Below, one piece after another: positions 53,301 through 62,805 of a stretch of DNA of 64,000 nt. The stretch is from Paramoeba atlantica (lineage: Eukaryota; Protista; Discosea), in assembly GCA_977017575.1 (NCBI GenBank), contig CDRNVI010000019.1:558001-622000 (forward strand), written 5' to 3'. How positions within the stretch are numbered: position 1 is the first letter of the stretch; every line of letters begins with the position of its first letter. The position numbers were made by a program, and so were the translations under genes. A model generated the notes under the pieces. It was given only the letters and a program-made list of their open reading frames with translations. It was not told where the DNA came from and did no database searches.

Positions 53301-53862
53301 CATGATCCGGTGCTTTGGAAAGAGCACTTCTGTTTGCCAGATCTGCTATGACCTCGTTATCGCTGTCAAGAGACATATCTTCGCTCTCGTCTTCGTAATG
53401 TTCCTCTTCCGAGTCAATATCCGGTGTTGTCTCTTGTTGTGGTTCTTGACGTGGCTGTTCGTCGAAAGATGTCAATCGAAAGGTCTTAGGCGTGATTTTG
53501 ATTTTGATTTTGTCGCTGTGCGCACTGTTCTGTTCGCCGTGATCAGCCCAGTCTTTTGGCAGAGGTGTAGATCCGACGATTCGAATTCTTGGGGTTTTCT
53601 TTGGTTTGGACATTTCATGCGTAATTCGGCCATCTCCTGTGGTGAGATCGGGTAAGTCTGACGCCGTGTGATTTCCGGAGCGTTCCTTCATTCCCTCTTT
53701 CCGCGAAACTTGTAGAATCTTGATCATTGAGCCGTCTGAGGAAACCGTTGTTGTGCTCTTCTTTTCTTTGCCACGCTTTCCTTTTTCACGTGATTTCTCT
53801 GTTGTACGACTTGTCTTCAGGTCTGAATTTTTGCTCACGACTGAGCGGGAAGGGCGTGTCAT
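50323..53862 (-). CDS. Full-length intact CRE lineage A ORF (1179 aa from the ATG at 53862)
   Basis: Same motifs as 41574-45074. Poly(A) at ~50107-50124 and SL at 53890-53927. Confidence 0.93.
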   Translation of the reverse strand: MTRPSRSVVSKNSDLKTSRTTEKSREKGKRGKEKKSTTTVSSDGSMIKILQVSRKEGMKERSGNHTASDLPDLTTGDGRITHEMSKPKKTPRIRIVGSTPLPKDWADHGEQNSAHSDKIKIKITPKTFRLTSFDEQPRQEPQQETTPDIDSEEEHYEDESEDMSLDSDNEVIADLANRSALSKAPDHVHNMVAKWGKGTECVIEWGFRQDTVNYTSKGIVVGRTSRKGMVKVKISYNPAQGSKGPSGFLYLPHTNRIRICSIRATKLIKVETITRNLEEHADNVSSDENGQSDLEPLPTMVPIDSSFSIHVVAIFRAILRGYPSVELDSEKTAIWHKFLNAPRDSLATIRQLSRQNQRVGHINKQADPSENETLSIEQREELGVDRRSIKNALTTARAGNIGKATRILDNVYKVSNLTAHEKLQKLRDLHPEGPSIEIPEADFPRIGVVDKSELRLAVEKLARGASPGPSGLSESMMRLLVEDEEACLSLCHMIRDVINGDVPVSVRKRLTRCRIIALPKPQNGIRPVAMGETILKICGSILLERHECALRKYFSPMQRGVLHKSACESIVHELLQEYEDGCALITVDFTNAYNTPRRDAITQALLENPVFKPFMRLFYLEYGLSSELLFFAHNALFATIESSSGIRQGSSLSSMYFCALLHGPIREIASLYPDVKIRAYQDDVTLSSTNVQSLEAAFLHLREITGELNLRVNFQKCEFFQKNTTYEPFSLHNLGVKLCTDSIKILGAYIGKDNVVEDLLLRKLSKHKCLFRRLLLMGPSNLSLAILRRCTIPRQDYHLRVHRPEATRRLAHSFESHVHEVLQKWCGADAQALKLAALPQKLGGLGLTSCTLKQQHYFAAARESIEEHLEPNKAPVDSQGNDKSKAKIQSRAEKARKSLKKIMSQAHEKQLTEIQKDSTAANIIKRTKEANIHLENTSNYVNPYLFRYTLMMRLGIGLPKAPAKVTCPGCSNQESPSTIIPHVAGCSRCSGMNSTRKHSHIVRYLSELCSKAGLPSVIEPRIYSSYHCTKCKCTISADVAAQHPCKARRIRSGPDLAIMWPHMGEVLYDFTIVHTCCSSYAKHTSSALMQQVSDRKYKKYVTEKGVDSDSFKCLAATDCGLLHDDTKALLKALSQRAKLKYESVRNAFQLEIEKMSAYTVVSQLRDYIPAEKWMSELRL

Positions 53863-53889
53863 AACGATTGAGATAATAAGAAAATAAAT

Positions 53890-53927
53890 CAACAAGGTAC
53901 AGAAACTGTATCTTTATCGTTAAAGTT
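53890..53927 (-). other. Complete 38-nt spliced-leader relic
   Basis: AACTTTAACGATAAAGATACAGTTTCTGTACCTTGTTG, 27 nt before the ATG. Confidence 0.82.
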
Positions 53928-55039
53928 TCTGTACTACAGTTGGTGAAGGCAGTTACTTTTGCAGTGTTAGTTTTTAGCATGACGCTCCCTTCTGGATGTC
54001 GAAGTGTCGGGTTGCTGTTCTCGTGTTCTTTACTTTGTTGTACTAAATTCAACTGTTTGTTCCGTCGACTAAAAAAGCTGGACGAGAGGAGCGAGTTCTT
54101 GAATCGAATACGGCAGTTGGATTTCGAATGTTTATCGACTTCTTTGCTGGCCATCCCATCGCTCGGTGGCATGTTTGGCGCTTCGCTGGATCTGTCTTGA
54201 CATCTTGGGGAATGATTCATCGAACTCGTATGATTTTTAGCAGAATTTAGTGGATCATGGAGGTCTGGAGCTGATAACGGTGTCAGAGGTGGCAGCGACG
54301 GCGGTGGCAACGGCGGTGGCAAATCTGGCGATTCAGGGCTCGGGCGTGTAGTTTGCGTCGTGATGATTGCTGAAAGTTGATGGCTCTCAGTTTGCATCGC
54401 CGTAACGCTGGCGCGGGCTTTCCGCGACAGCGCATGCATGCTCGATTGCGTAAAGGGTGTGACCTGCACCAGTGCAGCTGGAGTGGACGGCGGAGCAAGT
54501 AAAGGTGGCGGCGCAGCGCAATGGGACGGCTGCGGCTGTGGCGGCAAGAGGATGGTGGCGGCAAGAGGCTGTGGCGGCAGGGTCTCAGGAGCTTTCTTTT
54601 TTTGCCGCGAAGGTGGCGATCGCTGCGGCGGCGGCGGCGACTGTTGCGGTGTTGTGGTCGCTGGAGGCTCTGGACTGTTGCGGTGGTGGAGGCGCTGGTG
54701 GTCTGAGCACGTGGAGGGTGTGACCTGCACCAGTGCAGCGGGAGGCGGCAGCGGCGGCGCAATGGGGGGGAACGGAGGGGCAGCGGGAGAGCAGACGTCG
54801 CAGAGAGGCAACGCAGCAGATTGTATAATCCGTGGCGGCGACTGTGGCAAATCCTCAGAAGGTTTCTTTTTTTGCCCCGAATGTGGCGATCGCTGCTGCA
54901 GCGGTGGCGAATGCTGCGGTGTTGTGGGCGGCAGCCCCACTTCAAGCGTTTTCTTCTTCCCTCGTCGGGACGGCGGCAGCGGTACAACCTCTGGAGCTAC
55001 TCCAGTGTCCTTCGCCCTGCTCCGCGTGAACATTCCCAT
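53928..55039 (-). pseudogene. Proline-rich ORF of unknown function with a ~260-bp internal duplication, cut at its 3' end by the CRE insertion
   Basis: Starts MGMFTRSRAKDTGVAPE, with a homologous start at 62513. The block TTPQ...QKKK...PAALVQVTP occurs twice. Confidence 0.55.
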
Positions 55040-55813
55040 TAAGTAAAAGTAAGAAGTTGAATACAACACCTTGGACAAACTAGCGAACGAGGCAGCAGTC
55101 GAACTCGTGCGTGAACCAGTGAATCCCTCAACCACAGCGTGTAGAGTTATAAATTCTACGGCCGAATGCGGCCATAAGTGCCGTGATAAGGCCTCATGTC
55201 TACATTCCTGTTGTAAGCGGCATTTAGGAGTAGCGAAGGATAATGTCAACATTTCTTTGTCATAATAGTCGAACACTTAGCCACTTAGTCAGAAAGTGGT
55301 ATATTATTATTATTATTATTAGGTCGACGATGCTTCTTTTTCCGCCTCCCAAAACCAATGTCGTCCAGAGTTTCCAGAGTTTTTTTTTTTTTTTTTTTTT
55401 TTTTTGTGGGACTAGATCAGCTCCGACTTTGTCGTTAAATGAAAAAAAGGAACAAAAACAAAGGTCTTAACACAAACCCGTGGAGCGCATATATTATATA
55501 CGCGCAGATTACTATCAAATGTTCACATTCTAATAAACTAAAATCCCTTTCTTTTTTTTTTTTTTTTTTTTTGCTTGAAGGACCTAATATATTCGTTGTC
55601 GTAATATAGTGCGTTGTCGCATTCGTTGGTACTTTCAAAGCTCTTTTTGCGATCGCTGAAAGGACCTAATATATTCGAAGGCAACTAATCAATCGTGTGG
55701 AAGGCAAACATTGCTTTCGCAAAGTAAATAAAACCAACAAGGTACACCTTATACCTTATATCCCATACCGTAAACTTATAATAGCTATATTAATTATACT
55801 TTTTTTTTCCTCA

Positions 55814-55831
55814 AGTTTCTGTACCTTGTTG
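55814..55831 (+). other. 3' half of a spliced-leader relic
   Basis: AGTTTCTGTACCTTGTTG, 23 nt before the ATG at 55855. Confidence 0.72.
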
Positions 55832-55854
55832 TTTTTATTTTTATTTTTACTCGT

Positions 55855-58800
55855 ATGAACACGCAAAACGCCGAACAAATTATGAAGAGGGGATCAACGC
55901 TCGATAAGCCAAAGAAAACCCCCCGTGTGAGAGTTATTATGAGTGCAAAGGAATTATCGCCGAACTGGGCCGACCACGAGGTACATAGCAACTACCGACG
56001 GCCAAGGATAAAATTTTCTGATGCAAGGCCGACCTCACAAGAGTCCGAGAATGATTCCGATGAGGAGAGAGATTCATCCAAACATCCTGAAGATTGCGAA
56101 GGCGCCTCCGATGATACCACAGGCGAAGAATCTGATGTGATGTCGGTGGATGAGGAAGTGACGTCGATGGATGGGGAAGTGGGGCAACGCAAAAACGAAG
56201 AATTTCCGAAGGCTCCAGATCACATCAACACCATTATCCATGAATGGGGCAAAGGAACGACGTGCGAACTGAGATGGGGATTCAAAAAAGAGCAGAAATA
56301 TGCCTCAAAAGGAGTAGTGGTGAAGAGGACTGTCCGAAAAGGTATTGTAAAGCTGAAGGTGGAATACAAGCCAAGCGACGGAGACAATGGACCCTCTGGT
56401 TTTATCTACCTTCCTCCATCTGCAAAAGTGAAAATTTGGTCCATTAAGGCACTGTGTCTAAATAAAGTAAAAAGCGTCGATGTGTCAATGGAAAACACTG
56501 GAAATTCAGAGAACAAGGAGGAGCGAGGCATTGAGGGAACATCTGATTTGGAACCGCTGCCAAAGATGGCACAAATTGATCCAACGTTTGCCGTCCATGT
56601 AATCGCGATTTTTCGTTCCATTATTAAAGCGTACCCGAAGGCTCAGACAGAAGCAGAAAGAACTGTTATCTGGCACAAACTCCTCGATACACCACGGGAC
56701 TCTTTGGCCACAATCCGTCTAAACTACCTACGGCGCCAGAGCTCCGTACAGCGTCGAGGGAGACGTGAGTGGGAAACTATCGATACGAACATTACCGAGG
56801 AAGAACGACTTGTACAAGAAGTAGACAAACGATCAATTCGAAATGCATTGCAAGCAGCAAAGGCAGGAAATCTTGGAAAAGCTACCCGCATACTCGACAA
56901 TGTTTACAAGGACTCTGCTCTTCCACTCTGGGAAAAGGTTGACAAACTTCGAGATCTACACCCCAAAGGCCCTACACCTCAAACTTCTGATCGAGACTTC
57001 CCGCGAATTGCGATATTGGAACCTTCTGAACTTCGTCTAGCGACTGAAAAATTGTCAAAAGGTGCAGCTCCTGGCCCGACAGGTCTGAGTGAAAGCATGA
57101 TGCGAATTTTAGTGGAGGACGAAGAATCCTGCCTTTCACTCTGCCACATGCTGAGAGACGTCATAAATGGGGAAGTTGCGAAAAGTGTCCGAGTAAGATT
57201 AACACGATGCAGAATGATAGCCCTTGCAAAACCGAACAATGGAATACGACCGGTTGCAATGGGGGAAACGCTGCTAAAAATTTGCAGTTGTATCCTCCTT
57301 GAGCGCCATGCGAACTCCTTGTCAGACATATTCCAACCGATCCAAAGAGGCATATTACAAAAGAATGCATGTGAGTCCATTGTACATGAACTTTTGGAAG
57401 AGCATGAAGCTGGAGCCACAATTTTGACGATTGACTTCAAGAATGCATACAATACGCCACAACGTACGGCAATAGAAGAAGCGCTCCTTCAATACCCGGT
57501 ATTCAAACACTTTATGCGAATGTTCTATTTTGAATATGGTCAACCATCGGAACTTTTATTTTTCGCCAACGACTCATTACATTCCGTGATCGAAAGCTCG
57601 TCTGGGGTCCGTCAAGGATCAGCACTCTCTTCGGTTTATTTTTGCGCACTGCTACAAGGTCCTTTGAAAGAAATTGCGAAGCTCTATCCAGAGGTTACTA
57701 TCAGAGCCTACCAGGACGATGTGACGATGAGCTCCAAAAATGAGTCGTCTTTGGAAGTTGCGTTCCTTCACCTCAAAGAACTAGCAAGTGGTCTGAATCT
57801 TGAAATTAATTCCCGTAAATGCGAAGTATTCCAAGGCAACAGTTCAACGAATAATCGAGGGATGGATCTCAAGGAACTTGGGGTGGAAGACTGTGTGGAT
57901 TCCATCAAGGTCCTAGGAGCATACATCGGGCATAATAAAGCCGTTGAACGAAAGCTCTTGGAGAAGTTAGGGAAACATAAATGTTTATTTCGAAGACTTC
58001 GCGCTATGGGTCCCAGCAACTTGTCACTAGCGATTCTCAAGCGATGTACCATACCCCGTCATGATTACCACCTTCGAGTCCACAAACCTGGAGCTTCGTT
58101 TCTTCTTGCCCAGGTGTTCGACGAGGAAATCCATGAGATCTTAAAGAAATGGTGTGGTGCAGATAGTGAAGCACTTAAACTCTCTGCCCTCCCATGTAAA
58201 ATGGGAGGTCTAGGAATCACCTCAACCGTTCTAAAGCAACGCTACTTTTTCGAAGCGTCCCTAAAATCTATTGATGAGCGATCGAAACCCATTAATGCTC
58301 CGGTAGATAAGGGAGGCAAGAAACAAGCCGACAGCACACGAACGAATTCACAAGCTGCACGCACCCAGCTAAGAAAGAGCATGAAGAATGAACACGAGAA
58401 GACAGCAGCAGAATTGAATGCAATACCGAGATTCCAAAATATCATAAAGCGAACGAAGGAGGCGAACAATCACTTAGATTCAACGTGCAACTACGTAAAT
58501 CCATATCTTTTTCGTTACACTCTAATGATGCGCCTAGGAATTGCTCTAAGTAATGTGCCAGGCGAGATTACATGCCCTGGATGTGGAACAATCGAAACAT
58601 CAAGCAAAATCATTCCTCACGTAGCGGGATGTTCACGATGTGCTGGCATGAATTGCACGAGAAAACATTCTCATTTGGTACGCTATATTGCCGAAATGTG
58701 TTCCAAAGCTGGTCTTCCATGTGCGATCGAACCTCGTATTCATGCGTCCTTTTTTTGCACCAAATGCAAGTGCTCAATTTCCCCAGAAGCGGCGGAATAC

Positions 58801-59214
58801 CATCCTTGCCGAGCGCGTCGAATTAGATCTGGCCCAGACCTAGCGATTATGTGGCCAGATGTTGGAGAAATTTTATACGACGTTACCGTGGTACATACGT
58901 GCTGCAGCAGCTATGCAAAGCAGAGCAGCAATGCCCTGCTGCAGAGTGCGGAAGAGCGGAAGATAGCAAAATATGTCAAAGAAAAAGGTCTTGATCCAGA
59001 ATGCTTTCGCTGCATAGCTGTGACAGATTGTGGAGTACTACATGAAGAGACAAAGGTTTTGCTGAAAACATTGGCGAAAAGAAATGATGTTGATTACAAG
59101 ATTGTACGAGAAGCTTTTCAACTTGAACTGGAAAAATATTCAGCCTATGCAGTCGTCTCTCAATTGCGCCAATATATAGAAACCGAGAAATGGGTAGGAG
59201 GACTCCGTCTTTAA
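55855..59214 (+). CDS. Full-length intact CRE lineage A ORF, 1119 aa
   Basis: GVRQGSALSS, AYQDD, GPDLAIMW...YDVTV. Confidence 0.93.
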   Translation: MNTQNAEQIMKRGSTLDKPKKTPRVRVIMSAKELSPNWADHEVHSNYRRPRIKFSDARPTSQESENDSDEERDSSKHPEDCEGASDDTTGEESDVMSVDEEVTSMDGEVGQRKNEEFPKAPDHINTIIHEWGKGTTCELRWGFKKEQKYASKGVVVKRTVRKGIVKLKVEYKPSDGDNGPSGFIYLPPSAKVKIWSIKALCLNKVKSVDVSMENTGNSENKEERGIEGTSDLEPLPKMAQIDPTFAVHVIAIFRSIIKAYPKAQTEAERTVIWHKLLDTPRDSLATIRLNYLRRQSSVQRRGRREWETIDTNITEEERLVQEVDKRSIRNALQAAKAGNLGKATRILDNVYKDSALPLWEKVDKLRDLHPKGPTPQTSDRDFPRIAILEPSELRLATEKLSKGAAPGPTGLSESMMRILVEDEESCLSLCHMLRDVINGEVAKSVRVRLTRCRMIALAKPNNGIRPVAMGETLLKICSCILLERHANSLSDIFQPIQRGILQKNACESIVHELLEEHEAGATILTIDFKNAYNTPQRTAIEEALLQYPVFKHFMRMFYFEYGQPSELLFFANDSLHSVIESSSGVRQGSALSSVYFCALLQGPLKEIAKLYPEVTIRAYQDDVTMSSKNESSLEVAFLHLKELASGLNLEINSRKCEVFQGNSSTNNRGMDLKELGVEDCVDSIKVLGAYIGHNKAVERKLLEKLGKHKCLFRRLRAMGPSNLSLAILKRCTIPRHDYHLRVHKPGASFLLAQVFDEEIHEILKKWCGADSEALKLSALPCKMGGLGITSTVLKQRYFFEASLKSIDERSKPINAPVDKGGKKQADSTRTNSQAARTQLRKSMKNEHEKTAAELNAIPRFQNIIKRTKEANNHLDSTCNYVNPYLFRYTLMMRLGIALSNVPGEITCPGCGTIETSSKIIPHVAGCSRCAGMNCTRKHSHLVRYIAEMCSKAGLPCAIEPRIHASFFCTKCKCSISPEAAEYHPCRARRIRSGPDLAIMWPDVGEILYDVTVVHTCCSSYAKQSSNALLQSAEERKIAKYVKEKGLDPECFRCIAVTDCGVLHEETKVLLKTLAKRNDVDYKIVREAFQLELEKYSAYAVVSQLRQYIETEKWVGGLRL

Positions 59215-59234
59215 ACACTCCTCTGAATATTACA

Positions 59235-59520
59235 TTTTCGCTGCTTTTAACATTTCGTTAATAATGTTTCGTTGCTTTCAGCCTTTGGTGATTAATAATG
59301 TTTCGTTGCTTTCAGCCTTTGGTGATTACTGTTTCGCTGCTTGGTTAGGTTTCAGCCTTTGGTTATTTTTGTTTTGCTGCTTGGTGATTATTGTTCCGCA
59401 GCTTTCAGCTCTTGGTTGTTACTGTTTCGCTGCTTTGGGTTATCACCGTTTCGCTGCTTTGAGTCGTCACTTTTTCGCTGCTTTCAGCATTCGGCTATTA
59501 CTGTTTTGCTTTTTTGAGTA
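59235..59520. repeat. Degenerate short-unit repeat (ttcg(c/t)tgctt...cagc) after the CRE stop codon
   Basis: Recurrent tttcgctgctt / ttcagc(c)tttgg units. Confidence 0.6.
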
Positions 59521-60298
59521 ACATGTGAATAAATAAAGGAACGGAAAACACGTGAAACTATTATTTTGAGTATACAGCAACATTGTATACTGCCATTGTA
59601 TACTACAACAAGACGTTAAAGTCGTAAAAAAAAAGGGATGCTTGTCGGGCGTGGTACTGTCGTCTGGCGGCTCTACATTTTCGGGTACAAATAATGAAAG
59701 ATGCATCATATTGGAAAAAAAAAAGTATGAACTGTATGCATTTTCGCGTGAAATTGATCAAGTTTCCAAGGTTTTTGTTTTTAATGTCAAATTCTAGAGG
59801 CCCATGTTTTGTGAATCGTCATTGATGATGATGTATTGGGCCTTTTGACTCCGAAAAGTTATGGCCCCTCAACTCCCCAAACGGGCAGTCCGAATACGTC
59901 TTGCGACGTATCCGGAGAGCCAGCCATAGCAAGCTACGGCTGACCTCCGCTTGGAGAGGAGTTAGGTTACAGCTAGGGAGGTGGGGTGCGCTATACCCCT
60001 GCGCCTTAGGTAATGCAAATAAGGCGCCCCTTGACCAAAAAAAACCACTCTATCTTTTGAGGGTGGATAAAAAAAACACAAACGCATTCCAAAGATTAGC
60101 CCGAATGGCACCCACCCTAGTTTCTTAGTACCTTGTTATATTCGGTACCGGGCGGTGCCACCCATTCTACGTTGCCAGAATGACATCCACCCTAATTATT
60201 TAGTGCCTCGTTTTACTGGCACCGGGTAGTGTCATCCATATTGTATTCATCGTATTCACCCTAGTTCTTTAGCGTCTTGTTATGCGACGCCGGGTGAG

Positions 60299-60446
60299 TT
60301 AGCTCGGGAAGCTGGGATCGCTAAGTCCCATCATCCGACATAAGCCGGATGCCCTGACATAGAGTGAATCGTCATTAGATAAATAATTTCTCAGCTGAGA
60401 GAATACAATGGACCCATTTAACTCCTGCAGGCACAGAGAAAATTCG
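60299..60446 (-). pseudogene. Extreme 3' end of the CRE at 63024-64000, separated from it by Merlin
   Basis: RTLNEFS joins LCLQELNGSIVFSQLRNYL in frame. Confidence 0.88.
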
Positions 60447-60916
60447 GGGAGGGGGGGCACTCGATGAATATTCATCGAACGGACAGTGCGTTCGATGAAT
60501 ATTCATCGAACAGGACATCCTGTTCGATGAATGGATTGCAGTACGACCCGTTCGATGAATCATTCATCGAACAGGATGTCCTGTTCGATGAATGAAAACG
60601 CAATTTTTTTTGTAAAAAAATGCTCGACGAACGGAGCTTGGTTTTTTATTGTAAGCGAGATTGAAATACCGTTGGAAAAGGTTATAGTCCTTGCGCGCAC
60701 TAATAGGGATCGTGAGGACACGTACAGAAACAGCATCTTTATGTCTTGAAGGATTAAACCTTGCTTGCATGGTATTCTTGCGCCCAAAACAATTTTTTTT
60801 CATTTTTTTTTATTTTTTCTTGTTTTTTTTTAGCCAGTCAGGTTGAGCCCTGAGTCCCAGCAAAATAAGTAATACACAAAAAAAAGACTGCGTATGAACA
60901 AATATTATAAAAAGCA

Positions 60917-62104
60917 TCATCCCTCGTAATCTGATGCGCAACTATCGGAACTGAGTTCCTCAAATTCTTCGGGAACGGGAAAACCGTAGTTGTCTTTTAT
61001 ACACTTCATTATATTAACAAAGCGACTCTGCCAAGACTGCTCGCGTCCATTATGGGTATCCCCATACTTTACACACTGGAGCGCGACGTTTCGCTGCAAC
61101 TCCAATGTTGTTGCCCCAAAATTATAGTGTTGGAGTCTTACCCAATACTTAATGGTGTTGTGGACACTCTCAGCACCATTAGTATGATATCCCTTCTCGT
61201 TCACAAACTCCTTACTATGATTCACGGAGTAGTGACGACAAACTTGGTCTAAACCATTGTAAGCCCCCCAACAATCGCTGACTACCACGGATCGCGCACT
61301 GGCAAGATGGGGAATGATGAAGCCATGGAGGGTAGGCGTATCACGACGCTTCACCAATTTCCAATGGGTCCGCCCCGTTTTACCAGTGCCACGAGACTCC
61401 GTGACAGTTGCGAACCACCATCCCCTTTTCCGCTGTCTACGGCCCCGATTATACTTCCGTTTGCCGATGAAGGTCTCATCGACCTGCACTCGACTGAATT
61501 CATAATCAGACATTGTTTCGTTACGGAGCGCTGCATCAGCAAGAGTGTGCAGGAGATCCTGAACCACCTTGCGATCAAGTCCGCGATTACGCGTTATTTG
61601 ACCCGTGCACATGTTGTTCGCAATGTCTGCCCATACGAGCAAGACTTGCCCTGGAGTAAGTTGCGTACGGGGAGAAATAAATGGTGACCATTTACAAACT
61701 TTTAATCGGCAACGGTTCACCTTGCCGGGTTCTCGATGCCCACACATACTTAAATTTGGTTTCCCTGGAACGTCGGACATAAAGTGGAGCCCGTGCGAAG
61801 GACAAATGGGTGGGAAAAACAAATCATGATTCCGCATCCAGTCTTCTGCATCACGCCCTTGCGGGACATCGGTAATACCCCGCCAATGAGAAACACATGT
61901 AAAAGCGGGACAACCATGACAAAGAGGAGGAACAGGTCGTCTGCGCCAAGTAGAGAAATCGAGTTGTTCTTGTTCGGGAGGAGGTAAATCACGCAGTCCA
62001 GTAGGCGGCCGCTCGTAAGTAGCAGATTCCAGGAGAGCCATAAATCGGGCGAACATTCGCTCGCTTCGGTCTGCATCATGCTCCTGCCTGCTACGTTGAT
62101 CCAT
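60917..62104 (-). CDS. Merlin (ISXO2-like) DDE transposase, 395 aa
   Basis: VQVDETFIGKRKYNRGR, VVSDCWGAY, VNHSKEFV, HTNGAES; N-terminal Cys/His cluster. Confidence 0.92.
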   Translation of the reverse strand: MDQRSRQEHDADRSERMFARFMALLESATYERPPTGLRDLPPPEQEQLDFSTWRRRPVPPLCHGCPAFTCVSHWRGITDVPQGRDAEDWMRNHDLFFPPICPSHGLHFMSDVPGKPNLSMCGHREPGKVNRCRLKVCKWSPFISPRTQLTPGQVLLVWADIANNMCTGQITRNRGLDRKVVQDLLHTLADAALRNETMSDYEFSRVQVDETFIGKRKYNRGRRQRKRGWWFATVTESRGTGKTGRTHWKLVKRRDTPTLHGFIIPHLASARSVVVSDCWGAYNGLDQVCRHYSVNHSKEFVNEKGYHTNGAESVHNTIKYWVRLQHYNFGATTLELQRNVALQCVKYGDTHNGREQSWQSRFVNIMKCIKDNYGFPVPEEFEELSSDSCASDYEG

Positions 62105-62453
62105 AGGACAAAAACAAATCCGAAAAGTTATCAAAAAGCGGAAGGATTCTTAAAACTATTGCCTCATAAGTTTACAAAGATAAAATCATAACAAATCATA
62201 CTCCTGCGTAGCGAAAACTACGAAATTCAGTGAGCTTCGCAAATTGCTTCCCACTAACGACGCACAGGGGAATCCTACGCGGGGTACGGCTCAGGCCCGC
62301 TCACGCGGGCCCTCGCCGTTTCGCGGCCGCGCGCACCCCCGCTCACGCGGGGGCCCCCGCGCGGCCAAAATGGGTACTAAAATTTGTTATCAAGGTAGTT
62401 GGGCTTCGCATATTGCTTCCCACGAATCTAGAGAGAAGCACACGTACAATAAT

Positions 62454-62575
62454 CTTTAACGATAAAGATACAGTTTCTGTACCTTGTTGATTATTTACTT
62501 TTTTTACCTTTCATGGGAGTGTTCACACGCTCCAAAGCAAAAGAATCAGGAGTAGCTCCTGAGATTTTGCCGCTT
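62454..62575 (+). other. SL relic, 5' UTR and first ~21 codons of the proline-rich ORF family, inside Merlin
   Basis: 36-nt SL at 62454-62489. ATG at 62513 reads MGVFTRSKAKESGVAPEILPL. Confidence 0.75.
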
Positions 62576-62639
62576 GTTCGTTGAGTACTCAACGAAAATC
62601 CGGATTTTCTCAACGAAATCAACGAACGTGCCCCCAAGC

Positions 62640-62805
62640 CAAAATATTATTATGTCCCAGGGCTACGCTCACAGTTGGGCCTTGCTCGCAAAGGGGGGCT
62701 TTTGCCTCCAGAAGTGGGCTACGCTCACAGTTGGGCCTTGCTCGCAGACGGGGGCCTTGCTTGCACACTTGGGCTTCGCTGACAGTTGGGCCTTGCCTCC
62801 AGACA
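62640..62805. repeat. Eight 17-20-bp gggc-headed subterminal repeats in Merlin
   Basis: gggctacgctcacagtt / gggccttgctcgca units. Confidence 0.75.

Noticed and set aside
54283-55046. Overlapping Cys/Arg-rich and Gly-rich ORFs
   Set aside because: They are alternative-frame and antisense shadows of a GC-rich proline-coding repeat.
55725-55746. Genuine SL RNA gene (SL 3' end followed by GT)
   Set aside because: Only 12 nt of SL are present, with no 5' part, no recognisable intron or Sm site and no tandem array. Treated as a relic.
55757-55785. Another att-like terminus (cgtaaacttata)
   Set aside because: The core matches but the arm reads ATCCC rather than A(T/A)TTC and no element is attached. 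It may be chance.
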